From: an uncultured Parachlamydiaceae bacterium
Lineage (GTDB): Bacteria; Chlamydiota; Chlamydiia; Chlamydiales; Parachlamydiaceae
Assembly: GCA_963752155.1 (NCBI GenBank)
Contig: CAVVXH010000002.1
Location: 286,420-350,419 of the forward strand
Reading direction: 5' to 3'
DNA: 64,000 nt
How positions within the stretch are numbered: the stretch's first letter is position 1; the number at the start of each line of letters is the position of its first letter. A program made the translations under genes and the position numbers. Shown piece by piece: positions 19,696 through 31,366 of the stretch. A model generated the notes under the pieces. It was not told the origin of the DNA and made no database searches. It was given only the letters and a program-made list of their open reading frames with translations.

Positions 19696-20712
19696 ATGAT
19701 CGGGCAGATTGAAAATACACCGGTAAAATCTACAACAAATGGATGCGTTGATAATAAGAAAGAAAAACATCGCGTTTTATCCCTTGATGGTGGAGGTATT
19801 CGCGGCATTGGCACTCTTGTGATGCTAGCGGAGTTAGAATTAAAATCCGGAAAATCGGTACAAGAAATGTTTGATGCCTTTGTAGGAACATCAACAGGCG
19901 GCATTATTGCGACATGTTTTGCAAAGGGATTTACGGCTACAAAGCTTTTGAATTTGTATTATGCTGAAGGAGATCAAATTTTTGATATCTCTTGGTATCA
20001 TTCGTTTAGATCTTTTTTTGGGATTTTAGGTCCTCGTTATGAAGCAAAGAATGTAGAGGCTCTGGCTAAAAGATTTTTTAATAACATGGAATTGACGTTA
20101 AGTCAGCACTCAGATGAAAAGGATGCACTTGTTGGCTCTGTCATAAAGCCGTTTGCTGTTACGACATTTAACACAACGAAAGGTTTTAAACTTTTACATA
20201 GTCATTCTGATGCGAATACATTGAATCCTAAATTAAAAGATACTCCGATTTTTCAAGTTATTCGAGCTACAACTGCAGCGCCTACCTATTTTGAGGGAAT
20301 CAACATCAACGATGCAACGTTTATCGATGGTGGAGTAGCAGCTAACGATCCGTCCTTGCACGCTTATCAATATGGGCAAAAGCTTTTTGGTCCTGATGCA
20401 AACATCAAAGTTTACTCTTTTGGTACAGGTGAGCAAAATGCTGAAGTCGCAAAAGAGAATGCTGTACAAGCTTATGCTGGTAAGCTCGCAATTGCTAGGA
20501 TAGTTCCTGCATTTATGAGGGGAGAGACAACAGCAGTTCAACATTTGATGAAGCTCTATCAAAAAGCAGGAAAATACGACCGTTTTCAATTTTATTTAGC
20601 GGAAGACGTCGATTTAGCAGATGTGACTAAAAAGGAGTTGTTAATGTTTGAAGCCTATAAAGCTTGTCAAACATCCGGGTTTAGAAATTTAATCAAGAGT
20701 ATGAAAAGGTAG
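19696..20712 (+). CDS. Patatin-like phospholipase
   Basis: LSLDGGGIRG, GTSTG nucleophile elbow, AAPTYF and DGG motifs. Confidence 0.92.
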   Translation: MIGQIENTPVKSTTNGCVDNKKEKHRVLSLDGGGIRGIGTLVMLAELELKSGKSVQEMFDAFVGTSTGGIIATCFAKGFTATKLLNLYYAEGDQIFDISWYHSFRSFFGILGPRYEAKNVEALAKRFFNNMELTLSQHSDEKDALVGSVIKPFAVTTFNTTKGFKLLHSHSDANTLNPKLKDTPIFQVIRATTAAPTYFEGININDATFIDGGVAANDPSLHAYQYGQKLFGPDANIKVYSFGTGEQNAEVAKENAVQAYAGKLAIARIVPAFMRGETTAVQHLMKLYQKAGKYDRFQFYLAEDVDLADVTKKELLMFEAYKACQTSGFRNLIKSMKR

Positions 20713-20716
20713 TCCA

Positions 20717-21053
20717 TTGCCATTGGTGCCTGACCTGATATTCTGACATTTGCCGATGTGATAACATTGCTTCCTAAAGGGCAAATGTCAGAATGTCAGG
20801 TCTGGAACCAAGGCCGGAACGTTACCCCCAAGATTTACGCAACTGAAAAAAGCGTCGTTTTCAATTAATAACAAGATACTTAATTCTGAGAGGTATCGTT
20901 CTGGCCTTGGTTCCAGACCTGACATTCTGACATTTGCCCTTTTAAGAGGTCTTGTTTTCATTTAGGCAAATATCAGAATATCAGGTCAGGCACCAATGGC
21001 AAGGCGCTTTAAAAATTTGTTATTTCCCGATAGGGGGCGTTTAATTTTTCTTA
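20717..21053. mobile_element. Nested palindrome family, copy D (reverse core, internally deleted right outer arm)
   Basis: Two hairpins plus a reversed spacer. The arm reads gatagggggcg|tttaatttttc, a deletion between GCG repeats, and overlaps the aspS stop codon. Confidence 0.85.
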
Positions 21054-22853
21054 TTTGTGAAGTTCCCAAATTTCGGCTGCACAGTTTTAATTAAGTCTGC
21101 TGTTGTCATGACGATTGATTCAGTTTGTAATCCGCAATTAAAGGCCGCTCTAGCCTGTTCTTTAATTTGATTATCAAAATATGTATCCAAATTTAACAAT
21201 GAACCATACGGTGGAATACCTCCTATGATCAACCCATAGCGTTCTAGGATTGCTTCTGGGGATTCAAATTCACACTTTTCGCCAACAGCATTGGCCACAT
21301 CTTTCATATCGAGTTTTAAATGAGATGGAATATTAAATTGGTAATTTTTTTTGGTAGTTTTGCCTCGTAAAATAAGAGCTTTGACTCCTTCTTCTATGGA
21401 AGTATTGCGCTCATTTGCAGAATCTTCTGAAGTAGGGGTGGCATTATGAATCATATGGTTAAATTCGATTTCTTGATGTTTCATCAAACGAATAATTTCA
21501 TTGCGGATGTTTTCTCCACCAAAGAAGATATGGGCCTTAATTCGATTCCCTGCGATCCGCTTAGGATCTGACGGGAATAACGAAGCTTCTCGGATATTCT
21601 TTAGGCCAAGCATCGTCATCGTCAGTCTTTCTAAGCCCATCCCAAAGCCTCCATGCAGTGGCATCCCATATTTAAAGATGCTAAGATAGTCTTCAAAATT
21701 TTCAGGATCCATGTTTTTGGATAAAATTCCCTTTACCATTGAATCATAAGTATGCCGACGTTGCCCCCCGACGTGATTTCTGTGCCTGCGCATAGAAGAT
21801 CGAATGTATTGGTGATTTCAGGATTTTCTTCATTGGGATAGGCATAAAAAGGACGTTTGGTCGTCTTCCAATCTGTTATGAAAATAAGATCTGTTCCAAA
21901 CATCTCCAAAGCATAGCGGCAGAGGTCTCTTTCGGCAGCAGGGCTTAAGATCCGGTTCATGCCGTTCATCGATTCCAGTGCGTTTAAAATAAAGCTCTTG
22001 AGCTTCGGCAAAAGTTAATCGGGGAAAAGGAATGGACTCAGGTGCTTTGATAAGGTTCCCACCCAAAACCGCTATTTCAGCGGCACATTGTTTGTGTAAA
22101 TATTGCCACCATGAATTTGATGCAGTTTTCTTGAATTTCAAGGATCTCATGCCAATGGTCAAAAAATCCCATTTCAAACTCAAATTGTTTGCCTTCAGTT
22201 AAATGACGAGAGGTATTGGAATTTTCAGCTCTAAAAAGGGCATGAGGGCAAAAACCCGTTCGTTGACCCCCACCATCATTTGTTTATATAGCTGACTGCT
22301 TTGTGCAAGTGTAGCAGTGTGACCAAAGTAATCGACAGCAAAAAATTCTGCTCCTCCTTCGGAAGAGGTTCCAATGAGATTAGGAGCAAAATATTCGCAA
22401 GCCTCAACCTGATCGTGCATAAATAAAGCGATAGGCATGGGCCAATGAAGCTTGAATTTTGAAGACAGCTTGAATCTGCCGATTCCGTAAAGCAATCGGG
22501 CGATGGTCTAAGATAAAATCAAGATCATTGGATAGTTCGGGCTTATAGTATTCAATAAGGGGGACTTCGGTGATAGGTACATCGATGGTAATTTGTGGGT
22601 TAGTCATTTCGACTTTAAGTTCTGCCTGAGAAGAAACGACATCCCCTTCGATTGTTAAGACTGAGCCAGGTTGTAAATGTGCGATTTTTTGAAATATTTG
22701 CTTATCTTGGATAACGACTTGTAGAAGCCCTGTCCGATCTCTTAAAACTAAGAAATTGACCTTTCCAAAAGCTCGGATATTATTGAGCCAACCCTTCACT
22801 TGAACTTTTTGGTTTACATGTGTAGGGAGTTGCTTTGCCAAAATACGTTTCAT
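21041..22853 (-). CDS. aspS: Non-discriminating/archaeal-type aspartyl-tRNA synthetase with a C-terminal YbaK/ProX-like domain (several frameshifts)
   Basis: OB-fold FLVLRDRTG, SEGGAEFF, LAQSSQLYKQ, FDLLCAGTEITSGG, FKYGMPLHGGFGMGLERL and LFPSDP, then in frame GVKALIL...GGIPPYG...AFNCG. Confidence 0.85.
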
Positions 22854-22863
22854 TTGTTGCTCC

Positions 22864-23763
22864 TTAAGTACAACGGGTTGTGATAAATACTTGACCCGAT
22901 TTATCGATTAATACGGAATTTTCAGCCTGAACAACAATACCATTTGTTTTTTCAACCAAAGGAGCATATCCAATGATGACTTTTGCTTTTATTAACTCTG
23001 CAATTCCTAACTTGACTTCAGTTAAAGTTAAATCAGGTTCCAAGAGGTCATCTAAAGCAAAAGGAAGGCCGGTAAATGATTTGATTTTGTTCAAAAGAGT
23101 TTTGGCTAAAGGGGAACGAACAAGGTGTGTTTTTTGAAATGAGAAAATAGTGGGATTCCCAGCGTCGTAAATATATCCTTCACCGGTGGTTGCAAAGGGC
23201 TCTATGGCAAACGTCATTCCCGCTTTGATGATATTTTTTGAGCGATCATCGTAATTTGGAATGCTAGGAGGTGTGTGGATGCGATAATACCCTAATCCAT
23301 GACCGCATAAATTTTTGACCGGAGAAAAACCTCTGGAGGTAATTTCTTGCTCAATCGTTTTTCCTATTTCGCCGGTGGAGACTCCAACTTTGATGATTTT
23401 TTCTGCTGCAAGGAGTGCAGCTTCAACAGCGTCAATTAAGTTTTGGTATTTACCGGATAGGTCTATCGATACTGCGCAATCCCCAATAGCTCCATTGTAA
23501 CAAACGCCTACATCTAGTTTGACGACTTGATCAGAAAAGATGACTTCTTCATCCGGAAATGGTAAGTAGTGAGCTGCAACATCGTTTAAAGCAATCTGCG
23601 GGGGGAAAGCGGGTCGTGCTCCCAGGTCGGTGATTTTTTGTCGGATTTTTGCAATGACATCACCATATTTAGCGCCTTTGACGATCAAAGCTTTTCCGTA
23701 GGATCTTACTTGAGCGGCTAACGCGCCGGCTTTAAGAAAATCATGTTTATATTTGTCGTTCAT
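22864..23763 (-). CDS. map: Type II (archaeal/eukaryotic-like) methionine aminopeptidase
   Basis: NDVAAHY, KLDVGV, GDCAVSID, NLCGHG...IH, FAIEPFAT and a helical insertion before QAENSV. Confidence 0.88.
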   Translation of the reverse strand: MNDKYKHDFLKAGALAAQVRSYGKALIVKGAKYGDVIAKIRQKITDLGARPAFPPQIALNDVAAHYLPFPDEEVIFSDQVVKLDVGVCYNGAIGDCAVSIDLSGKYQNLIDAVEAALLAAEKIIKVGVSTGEIGKTIEQEITSRGFSPVKNLCGHGLGYYRIHTPPSIPNYDDRSKNIIKAGMTFAIEPFATTGEGYIYDAGNPTIFSFQKTHLVRSPLAKTLLNKIKSFTGLPFALDDLLEPDLTLTEVKLGIAELIKAKVIIGYAPLVEKTNGIVVQAENSVLIDKSGQVFITTRCT

Positions 23764-23924
23764 GATGGTGATTGTAGGTTATTTTGAGCTAAAAAGCGAG
23801 TAAAAAAAATCAATTTACTCTATTGTCAAGCAACTACTGCAGCGCCATTTGAAGATCTTTGTGTTCAAAGGCAGAAGCCATTTGATCGATTTCTGTTTTT
23901 TTTATCTTAAGTTTGGTCGCTTCT

Positions 23925-24260
23925 TCACGCCATGAAGCTGTTATACTTATCTTTTCGGGAGATGCGGATCCGTTTTGGTAAATTTTCAGCTTCTAGACCT
24001 AAACCCAAGGCATCAAATGTCGGATCAGCTAATTCGATTAGCCGTTGAATCATTCCCAACGTAAATAGAACTTTGGCGTAAGCACCAAAAGAAACTCCTT
24101 CCTCTCCATTTTCAATTTTAGTTAAAGTTGCACGACTGATGCCTGCTCTTTCTGACGCTAGCTTCATTGGGATTCTGCGTCTTTTTCTGGCGTCACGAAG
24201 ATCTTCTCCCAGTTTCTTTAAAGCTCTTCTGACCGGAAACGGGGTATTTTTAGTGTCCAT
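23925..24260 (-). CDS. XRE-family HTH protein of the type usually paired with HipA-like kinases
   Basis: LGEDLRDARKRRR...ERAGISRATLTKIENG...YAKVLFTLG...LPKRIR. Confidence 0.8.
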   Translation of the reverse strand: MDTKNTPFPVRRALKKLGEDLRDARKRRRIPMKLASERAGISRATLTKIENGEEGVSFGAYAKVLFTLGMIQRLIELADPTFDALGLGLEAENLPKRIRISRKDKYNSFMA

Positions 24261-24448
24261 GATGTTAGTCCTTATACTTCTTATTGTATAGGATTAGAAG
24301 CGTAAAGTACAGTTCATTTTTTCATTTATGAGAAACACATGATTTTTCTCGTTTCGGTTCTTTTATTGAGTTTTTTCGTATGCATCGGAAAATTCTCTTG
24401 ATTTTTTTCGTATAGATATGAAAATAATCAGGAAAAGAGAGCGAGATT

Positions 24449-25660
24449 ATGCGTAGAATTTACGATGAAATTATTAAAAAGCAATTGATTGAAGATGATG
24501 TGATGTTATTTTTGTCAGGTCCCAGGCAGGTCGGAAAAACGACTTCAAGCCGACAATCAGCCGAGATGCTTTCAAATCAAGTGATTTATCTCAATTGGGA
24601 CGTCCAGGATCATCGAGAAAAAATTCTGGAAGGACAGAGGGCAGTCGCGATTTTGGCAAAAATTGAAGATCTTTCATCACAAAAGCCAATCATTATTTTT
24701 GATGAAATTCATAAGTATTTTGATTGGAAAAATTTTCTGAAAGGTTTTTTTGATGAGTTTCATCATTTAACTAGAATCGTTGTTACTAGAAGTGCTCGCC
24801 TTGATGTCTATAAAAAAGGGGGTGATAGCCTGATGGGGCGCTATTTTTCATATCGAATGCATCCTCTTTCTTTAGGTGAGTGCATTGGTCTTCTGTATCG
24901 GGAAAATGAAATTCATCCACCTACACCTTCGGATTCATCTCTTCTAAACCACTTATTAAAATTCGGTGGCTTTCCTATGCCTTATATTAAAGAAAATATG
25001 CGATTTCTAACTCGATGGCAAAATTTAAGACAACAGCAACTCCTACAAGAAGATATTCGAGATATGAGGAGCTTATTAGATCTTAATAAATTAGAAGTGT
25101 TAGTTAAGATGCTCATCACACAAGCTGGATCTTTGATGACTTATAGTAATTTAGCGAATAAGATTCGAGTTTCGGTGGATACCATTTCAAGATGGATTGA
25201 AATTTTAGAATCTTTCTATTTTTGTTTCTTGATTCGACCTTGGTCTCGCAACATCACTCGTTCCTTAGTTAAGGAGCCTAAAGTGTTTTTATACGATTGG
25301 TCTTTGATCAAAGATCCAGGAAATAGAGCTGAGAACTTCGTTGCTTCTCATTTGCTTAAAGCGATACAATACTGGAATGATCTAGGTTTTGGTGAATATG
25401 GTTTATATTATTTGCGGGATTTAGAAAAACGGGAAGTTGATTTTATTGTGACTAAGAACGATGAAGCTTGGTTTTTAGTAGAAGTCAAAAAATCTGATAG
25501 TGGGGGGATAAGTAAATCCCTTTATCATTTTTATGAACAATCTCAAGCAAAACATGCTTTTCAAGTGGTTATCGAAAAACCTTATGTTCATCAAAATTGT
25601 TTTGATTATACAGTTCCCGTGAGTGTGCCAGCTTTGACTTTTCTTTCACAATTGGTTTAA
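24449..25660 (+). CDS. AAA_14/DUF4143-type ATP-binding protein
   Basis: GPRQVGKT, IIFDEIHK, FGGFP, PKVFLYD, ENFV and EVDFIV...LVEVK. Confidence 0.9.
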   Translation: MRRIYDEIIKKQLIEDDVMLFLSGPRQVGKTTSSRQSAEMLSNQVIYLNWDVQDHREKILEGQRAVAILAKIEDLSSQKPIIIFDEIHKYFDWKNFLKGFFDEFHHLTRIVVTRSARLDVYKKGGDSLMGRYFSYRMHPLSLGECIGLLYRENEIHPPTPSDSSLLNHLLKFGGFPMPYIKENMRFLTRWQNLRQQQLLQEDIRDMRSLLDLNKLEVLVKMLITQAGSLMTYSNLANKIRVSVDTISRWIEILESFYFCFLIRPWSRNITRSLVKEPKVFLYDWSLIKDPGNRAENFVASHLLKAIQYWNDLGFGEYGLYYLRDLEKREVDFIVTKNDEAWFLVEVKKSDSGGISKSLYHFYEQSQAKHAFQVVIEKPYVHQNCFDYTVPVSVPALTFLSQLV

Positions 25661-25681
25661 ATCCTTGACTGTTTGTTCCTT

Positions 25682-26171
25682 CTAAATAACAAAATCGACT
25701 GATGCGGAATACTAAGAAAAATTAAACGCAAAGCGAGACAGTTGCCTGCGGCGCCCCCTATCGGGAAATAACAGATTTTTAAAGCGCCTTGCCATTGGTG
25801 CCTGACCTGATATTCTGACATTTGCCTACAATGATAACGTAACCTCCCAGGAGGGCAAATGTCAGAATGTCAGGTCTGGAACCAAGGCTAAACGTTACCT
25901 CTCAGAATTTAGTATCTTGTTATTAATTGAAAACGACGCTTTTTTCAGTTGCGTAAATCTTGGGGGTAACGTTCCAGCCTTGGTTCCAGACCTGACATTC
26001 TGACATTTGCCCTTTAGGAAGCAATGTTATCGCATCGGCAAATGTCAGAATATCAGGTCAGGCACCAATGGCAAGGCGCTTTAAAAATCTGTTATTTCCC
26101 GATAGGGGGCGCCGCAGGCAACTGTCTCGCTTTGCGTTTAATTTTTCCTATACTTCATACCCTAATATCGC
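25682..26171. mobile_element. Nested palindrome family, copy E (flank Y - IR - core - IR - flank X')
   Basis: 25717-25826 is the reverse complement of 26037-26146; core nearly identical to copy C. Confidence 0.9.
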
Positions 26172-26192
26172 TTGTCTATTTTTTCATTTTTT

Positions 26193-27311
26193 CTAGTTGC
26201 TGTTTAACTTCGTAACAGAAAGATAGTTGGAAAGAATTCCACTAATATTCGGTTGAGTTATTGCAATAGTATTGTTATTTACTATTCTTAAAGTAGCTTC
26301 GTTATTAGCTTCAACGAAAACAATATCTTCGTTCGTATATAACCCTGTTTCTGCACCGGCAGAACCATCTGGAGGAACGGGAATAGTCAATAACGTATAA
26401 GCCAAGTCAGTTAGGGTGGGAACTGTTCCTGTGCCTAATTCCAAAATAAAAGTGTAGGCAGCTGCAGTTGAAGACGAATCCATACTATTATTAACGCCAT
26501 AACTTACTAAATACAATGTGTCTGTAGGTTGTGATGGTATAGAGATTGTATCAAAACGACCTGAACTTGGTGATTGGGTTAATGTCATTCCACCGGATGT
26601 GGGTACCTGGAGAGGTGAGCTGGTAAAAGGAAGGTAGTCTCCAGGATCGGTCGTAGCAGAAATTCCTACACCTAATTGAGTGGCTTCAATGGCTTGGGAA
26701 ATTTCAGCTCCTGTAGCTCCTGTAAATCCTAACGGTCCTGTGGGTCCAGTCGGGCCAGTGTTCCCTGTAGCTCCTGTGGCTCCAGTTGCCCCTATGGGGC
26801 CAGTAGCTCCTGGTCGTCCTGTCGCTCCAGCTCTCCCAGTCGGTCCTGTCGGCCCTGTCGGTCCTGTGTGTCCTGTCGCTCCGGTGTGTCCGGTAGCTCC
26901 AGTATTTCCTTTGGCTCCCGTCGGGCCAGTCGCTCCTGTTGGTCCGATAGGTCCTCGTGCTCCTGTAGTGCCTGTGGCACCTGTTTGACCAATAAGACCC
27001 TTAGGACCGGTTGCACCAGTTGCACCTGTTGCTCCTGTCATACCAGGTCCTGTTGGACCTCTCATCCCTCGATCTCCTCTAGGGCCTTTGGGCCCCTGAG
27101 GTCCTCGACGTCCTTGGGGTCCTACGAAACCGGGATCACCTCGAGGACCCTGATCTCCTGTCGGTCCTTGCTCTCCTTGGACTCCTGGAGGACAGCATGG
27201 GTTACAAGATACTCCTTTTTCGATAATTTCTTCGGATGTTGAATCTGCTGCATGAATAGCAAAAGCCTGGCTGCCTATGAATACGCTGGCAATAAAAATC
27301 AAATTTCTCAT
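26193..27311 (-). CDS. Secreted collagen-like protein 3
   Basis: Signal peptide, CNPCC, a long G-X-Y run (GAT/GPT rich) and a C-terminal domain ending VTKLNSN. Confidence 0.9.
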   Translation of the reverse strand: MRNLIFIASVFIGSQAFAIHAADSTSEEIIEKGVSCNPCCPPGVQGEQGPTGDQGPRGDPGFVGPQGRRGPQGPKGPRGDRGMRGPTGPGMTGATGATGATGPKGLIGQTGATGTTGARGPIGPTGATGPTGAKGNTGATGHTGATGHTGPTGPTGPTGRAGATGRPGATGPIGATGATGATGNTGPTGPTGPLGFTGATGAEISQAIEATQLGVGISATTDPGDYLPFTSSPLQVPTSGGMTLTQSPSSGRFDTISIPSQPTDTLYLVSYGVNNSMDSSSTAAAYTFILELGTGTVPTLTDLAYTLLTIPVPPDGSAGAETGLYTNEDIVFVEANNEATLRIVNNNTIAITQPNISGILSNYLSVTKLNSN

Positions 27312-27329
27312 GTCATCTCCCTATAATTC

Positions 27330-28481
27330 TCAATTGCTATTTAACTTTGTCACCGCAATAAAATTTGAAACTACTACTGACGAGGTACTGCTCTGGCTTA
27401 TATTTCCATTTAAGTTTACTATTCGCAAAGTCGCATCATTATTTGCTTCGACTAAAACGATCGTAGATCTCGAGTAAAGTGCGTATTTAGGATTGGTTGT
27501 AGTAGTACCAAGATTAGGAATATTCAAGAGGGTGTAGGTCAAATTAGTTAGATTTGTAGGGGGAAAGGGTCCTAAACCCAATTCCAGAGCAAAAGAGAAT
27601 GGATCTGCATTATTGTCGGAAACGATAAAATTATTCACCCCAAAGCTTACCCTGTACAACGTGTCTGTTGTTTGACTAGGAAGAAAGATTGAATCATAGC
27701 GTCCCACTATAGAGGCCATTAATTCCATCCCTCCTGTTGCTGGTTCATTGAACGCTGCTGGGGGGGGATCGAAGGGAAGGTGGCCTCCAGGAGCGGTGCC
27801 GCTTAAGGTAGCTCCGGTTTGTACGACTTCTATCGATTGAGAGATTTCAGCACCGGTAGGACCTGTAGGACCTGTAGGTCCTGTAGGTCCCTGCGGTCCT
27901 GTATTACCTACCGCACCTGTCGATCCTGTAGCTCCTCTTCCGGTAGCTCCGGTAGCTCCCGTAGCTCCTCTTGGACCTGTGGGGCCTGTATTTCCTGCGT
28001 GACCTGTATGTCCAGTCGCTCCGGTAGCTCCTGTTGCGCCTGCATTTCCGATTGCTCCGGTAGCTCCCCTGTTTCCAGTCTGGCCCTGTGCACCTCGGGC
28101 TCCGGTTGTTCCTACGTGCCCTGTTGGGCCTGTAGAGCCAATGGGGCCTGTGGCTCCTGTAGCTCCAGTTGCGCCTGTTGCGCCTATTCCTATTGGACCT
28201 CTTTCGCCTGGATCTCCTCTACTTCCTTTTGCCCCTTGTGCTCCTCGGCGCCCTTCTGCACCTCTGGGGCCTTGATCACCTCGAGGTCCTGGAATTCCTT
28301 GCGGTCCTTGTTCTCCAGGACATCCTGGAGGTCCTGGTTGGCAGGAAGTTTGGGTGGATAATTGATATTCGAGAAGACTCGGTAATTTTATTTGACCAAT
28401 GTCGGATTTTGCATCTGTTGCATGAATGATAGAAATTTGGCTTCCCATGAATAGACTGGCAATATAAAAAAGATTTCTCAT
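27330..28481 (-). CDS. Secreted collagen-like protein 2
   Basis: Same architecture; MRNLF start and VTKLNSN end. Confidence 0.9.
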   Translation of the reverse strand: MRNLFYIASLFMGSQISIIHATDAKSDIGQIKLPSLLEYQLSTQTSCQPGPPGCPGEQGPQGIPGPRGDQGPRGAEGRRGAQGAKGSRGDPGERGPIGIGATGATGATGATGPIGSTGPTGHVGTTGARGAQGQTGNRGATGAIGNAGATGATGATGHTGHAGNTGPTGPRGATGATGATGRGATGSTGAVGNTGPQGPTGPTGPTGPTGAEISQSIEVVQTGATLSGTAPGGHLPFDPPPAAFNEPATGGMELMASIVGRYDSIFLPSQTTDTLYRVSFGVNNFIVSDNNADPFSFALELGLGPFPPTNLTNLTYTLLNIPNLGTTTTNPKYALYSRSTIVLVEANNDATLRIVNLNGNISQSSTSSVVVSNFIAVTKLNSN

Positions 28482-28499
28482 GTGGTCTCCCTGTAATTC

Positions 28500-29660
<1,161 letters not shown>

Positions 29661-29815
29661 GTATTCTCCCTGTAATTTATTTCTAATGACTTTACAATAG
29701 GTTGCGTATCTTTTTGAACTGTCGGAATTAAGGGACAGGCCTGCAAATTTGTGCTAATGTAATTAATGTGGGAATTTTGAATTTTGCTCAAGAAAAATTT
29801 GAAGTTATTTCAACA

Positions 29816-31366
29816 TTAGAGTCTAGACAATAAATGATCTCCAACTCGCAAGGCATTTGCAATCACTGTAAGGGAAGGATTGACAGCCCCAATGCTTGGA
29901 AAAAAACTTGAGTCGACGATATATAAATTATCGAGTTCATGTGCTTTGCAATGAATGTCTAAAACTGACTGATTTGGATTTTTTCCAAATCGGCATGTTC
30001 CAACTTGATGCGCAACTCCTGCAATGGGAATATTTGTTTTAAGGTATAAATTCCGTGGAATTAAGTAATCTGGATGCATTCCTAAATGGTTAAGCATAGA
30101 CTTCAGTTTTTCATATAGCTTTTGCATAGGAACCTGATTATTTGGAGTGTAGTTTAGAGTGATTTTTCCGGATTTATCCACAGTGATCCGATTTTTAGGA
30201 TCTGGTAAATCTTCAGTTGTCAACCAGAAATCGACCGAATGGCGAGCAATATCATCTAATAACATGAGGGGAACTAAAGCTGTTTCAATCGGTTTTTCTC
30301 CTCTAAACATCGCACCAACAGATTTCCCCACCATTTGAATATTACCCATCGGATAATTAAATCCTTCCATACCAAAATAAAAGTCATTGAGGGCCAAAGT
30401 CTTTTGGAAATAAGTTAAATTAGGTTCTTTGGAAATGGCCAATACAGCTTGGCTGTTATGGAACATATAATTGCGTCCAACCTGATCAGATCCATTGGCT
30501 AATCCGTTTGGATGTTTATCATTAGCTGAGGCCAACAACAATTTGGCTGATTGAGCTGCACCACAAGAGACAACGACGATGTTACCTTTAAAAACCTCTG
30601 TTTTGCCTTCAAGTTCGACAACGACATCTTTAATCAACTTGCCGGTTGAATCTGTATTCAGTTTTATTACACGCGCATTGACGAGCAAGGAGACGTTGGA
30701 ATATTCCAAGGCGGGTCTTACGGCTGCAATTTCGGCATCTGCTTTGGCTTGTACTAAGCAAGGAAACCCATCGCAAGTTTGACAACGGATACACTTGCTT
30801 TGGGGAGGATTGTTTTCGTTGAGCAGGATGGCGCAAGGAGCTGGGAAAGGATGATAGCCTGCTTGATTTAGGTTTTCATATAATTGACGAATGCGTGGTT
30901 CATGCGATACTGCAGCATATGGATAAGGTGCGCTCCAAGGGGGCTCTGTAGGATCGATACCTCGTTCTCCATGAACATAGTACATTTGTTCAGCTTTACA
31001 GTAATAGGGTTCTAATTCTTCATAGGTGATAGGCCAAGCTGGAGAAATCCCGTCGTAATGTTGTAGTTCCCCAAAGTCTTCTTTACGTAGTCTGTAAAGA
31101 GCTGCGCCGTACATTTTAGTTGCTCCGCCGACAAAATAGTGAACTTGAGGTTGAAATCCATTTCCTCTGGCATCATACCAGGTTTCAGGAGAGATATATC
31201 TGTTTTTCACAAATACAGCTTCAGGACTCCAATTTTCTACTTCTCGTTTAAGCCAATCGCCACGTTCTAAAATTAATATTCTTTTTCCTGAAGGGGCAAG
31301 GTGGTGTGCTAAAGTTCCTCCACCAGCACCACTGCCGATGATAATGATATCAAATTCATTTTCCAT
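29816..31366 (-). CDS. GMC family oxidoreductase
   Basis: DIIIIGSGAGG, CxxCxxCDGFPC, HQVGTCRFG and NPSLTVIANALRV. Confidence 0.93.
   Translation of the reverse strand: MENEFDIIIIGSGAGGGTLAHHLAPSGKRILILERGDWLKREVENWSPEAVFVKNRYISPETWYDARGNGFQPQVHYFVGGATKMYGAALYRLRKEDFGELQHYDGISPAWPITYEELEPYYCKAEQMYYVHGERGIDPTEPPWSAPYPYAAVSHEPRIRQLYENLNQAGYHPFPAPCAILLNENNPPQSKCIRCQTCDGFPCLVQAKADAEIAAVRPALEYSNVSLLVNARVIKLNTDSTGKLIKDVVVELEGKTEVFKGNIVVVSCGAAQSAKLLLASANDKHPNGLANGSDQVGRNYMFHNSQAVLAISKEPNLTYFQKTLALNDFYFGMEGFNYPMGNIQMVGKSVGAMFRGEKPIETALVPLMLLDDIARHSVDFWLTTEDLPDPKNRITVDKSGKITLNYTPNNQVPMQKLYEKLKSMLNHLGMHPDYLIPRNLYLKTNIPIAGVAHQVGTCRFGKNPNQSVLDIHCKAHELDNLYIVDSSFFPSIGAVNPSLTVIANALRVGDHLLSRL

Noticed and set aside
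21733..22495. Programmed frameshifting or decay of aspS
   Set aside because: Several breaks in a short patch with conserved motifs retained on each side fit sequencing error better.
24780..24800. VTRSA instead of the usual VTGSA in the AAA_14 ATPase as an inactivating change
   Set aside because: A single-base difference in an error-prone assembly cannot be interpreted.
26024..26215. ORFs 26024-26215, 46964-47266 and 47246-47434 sharing MSEYQVRHQWQG or similar
   Set aside because: They are translations of the palindromic repeat, not independent genes.
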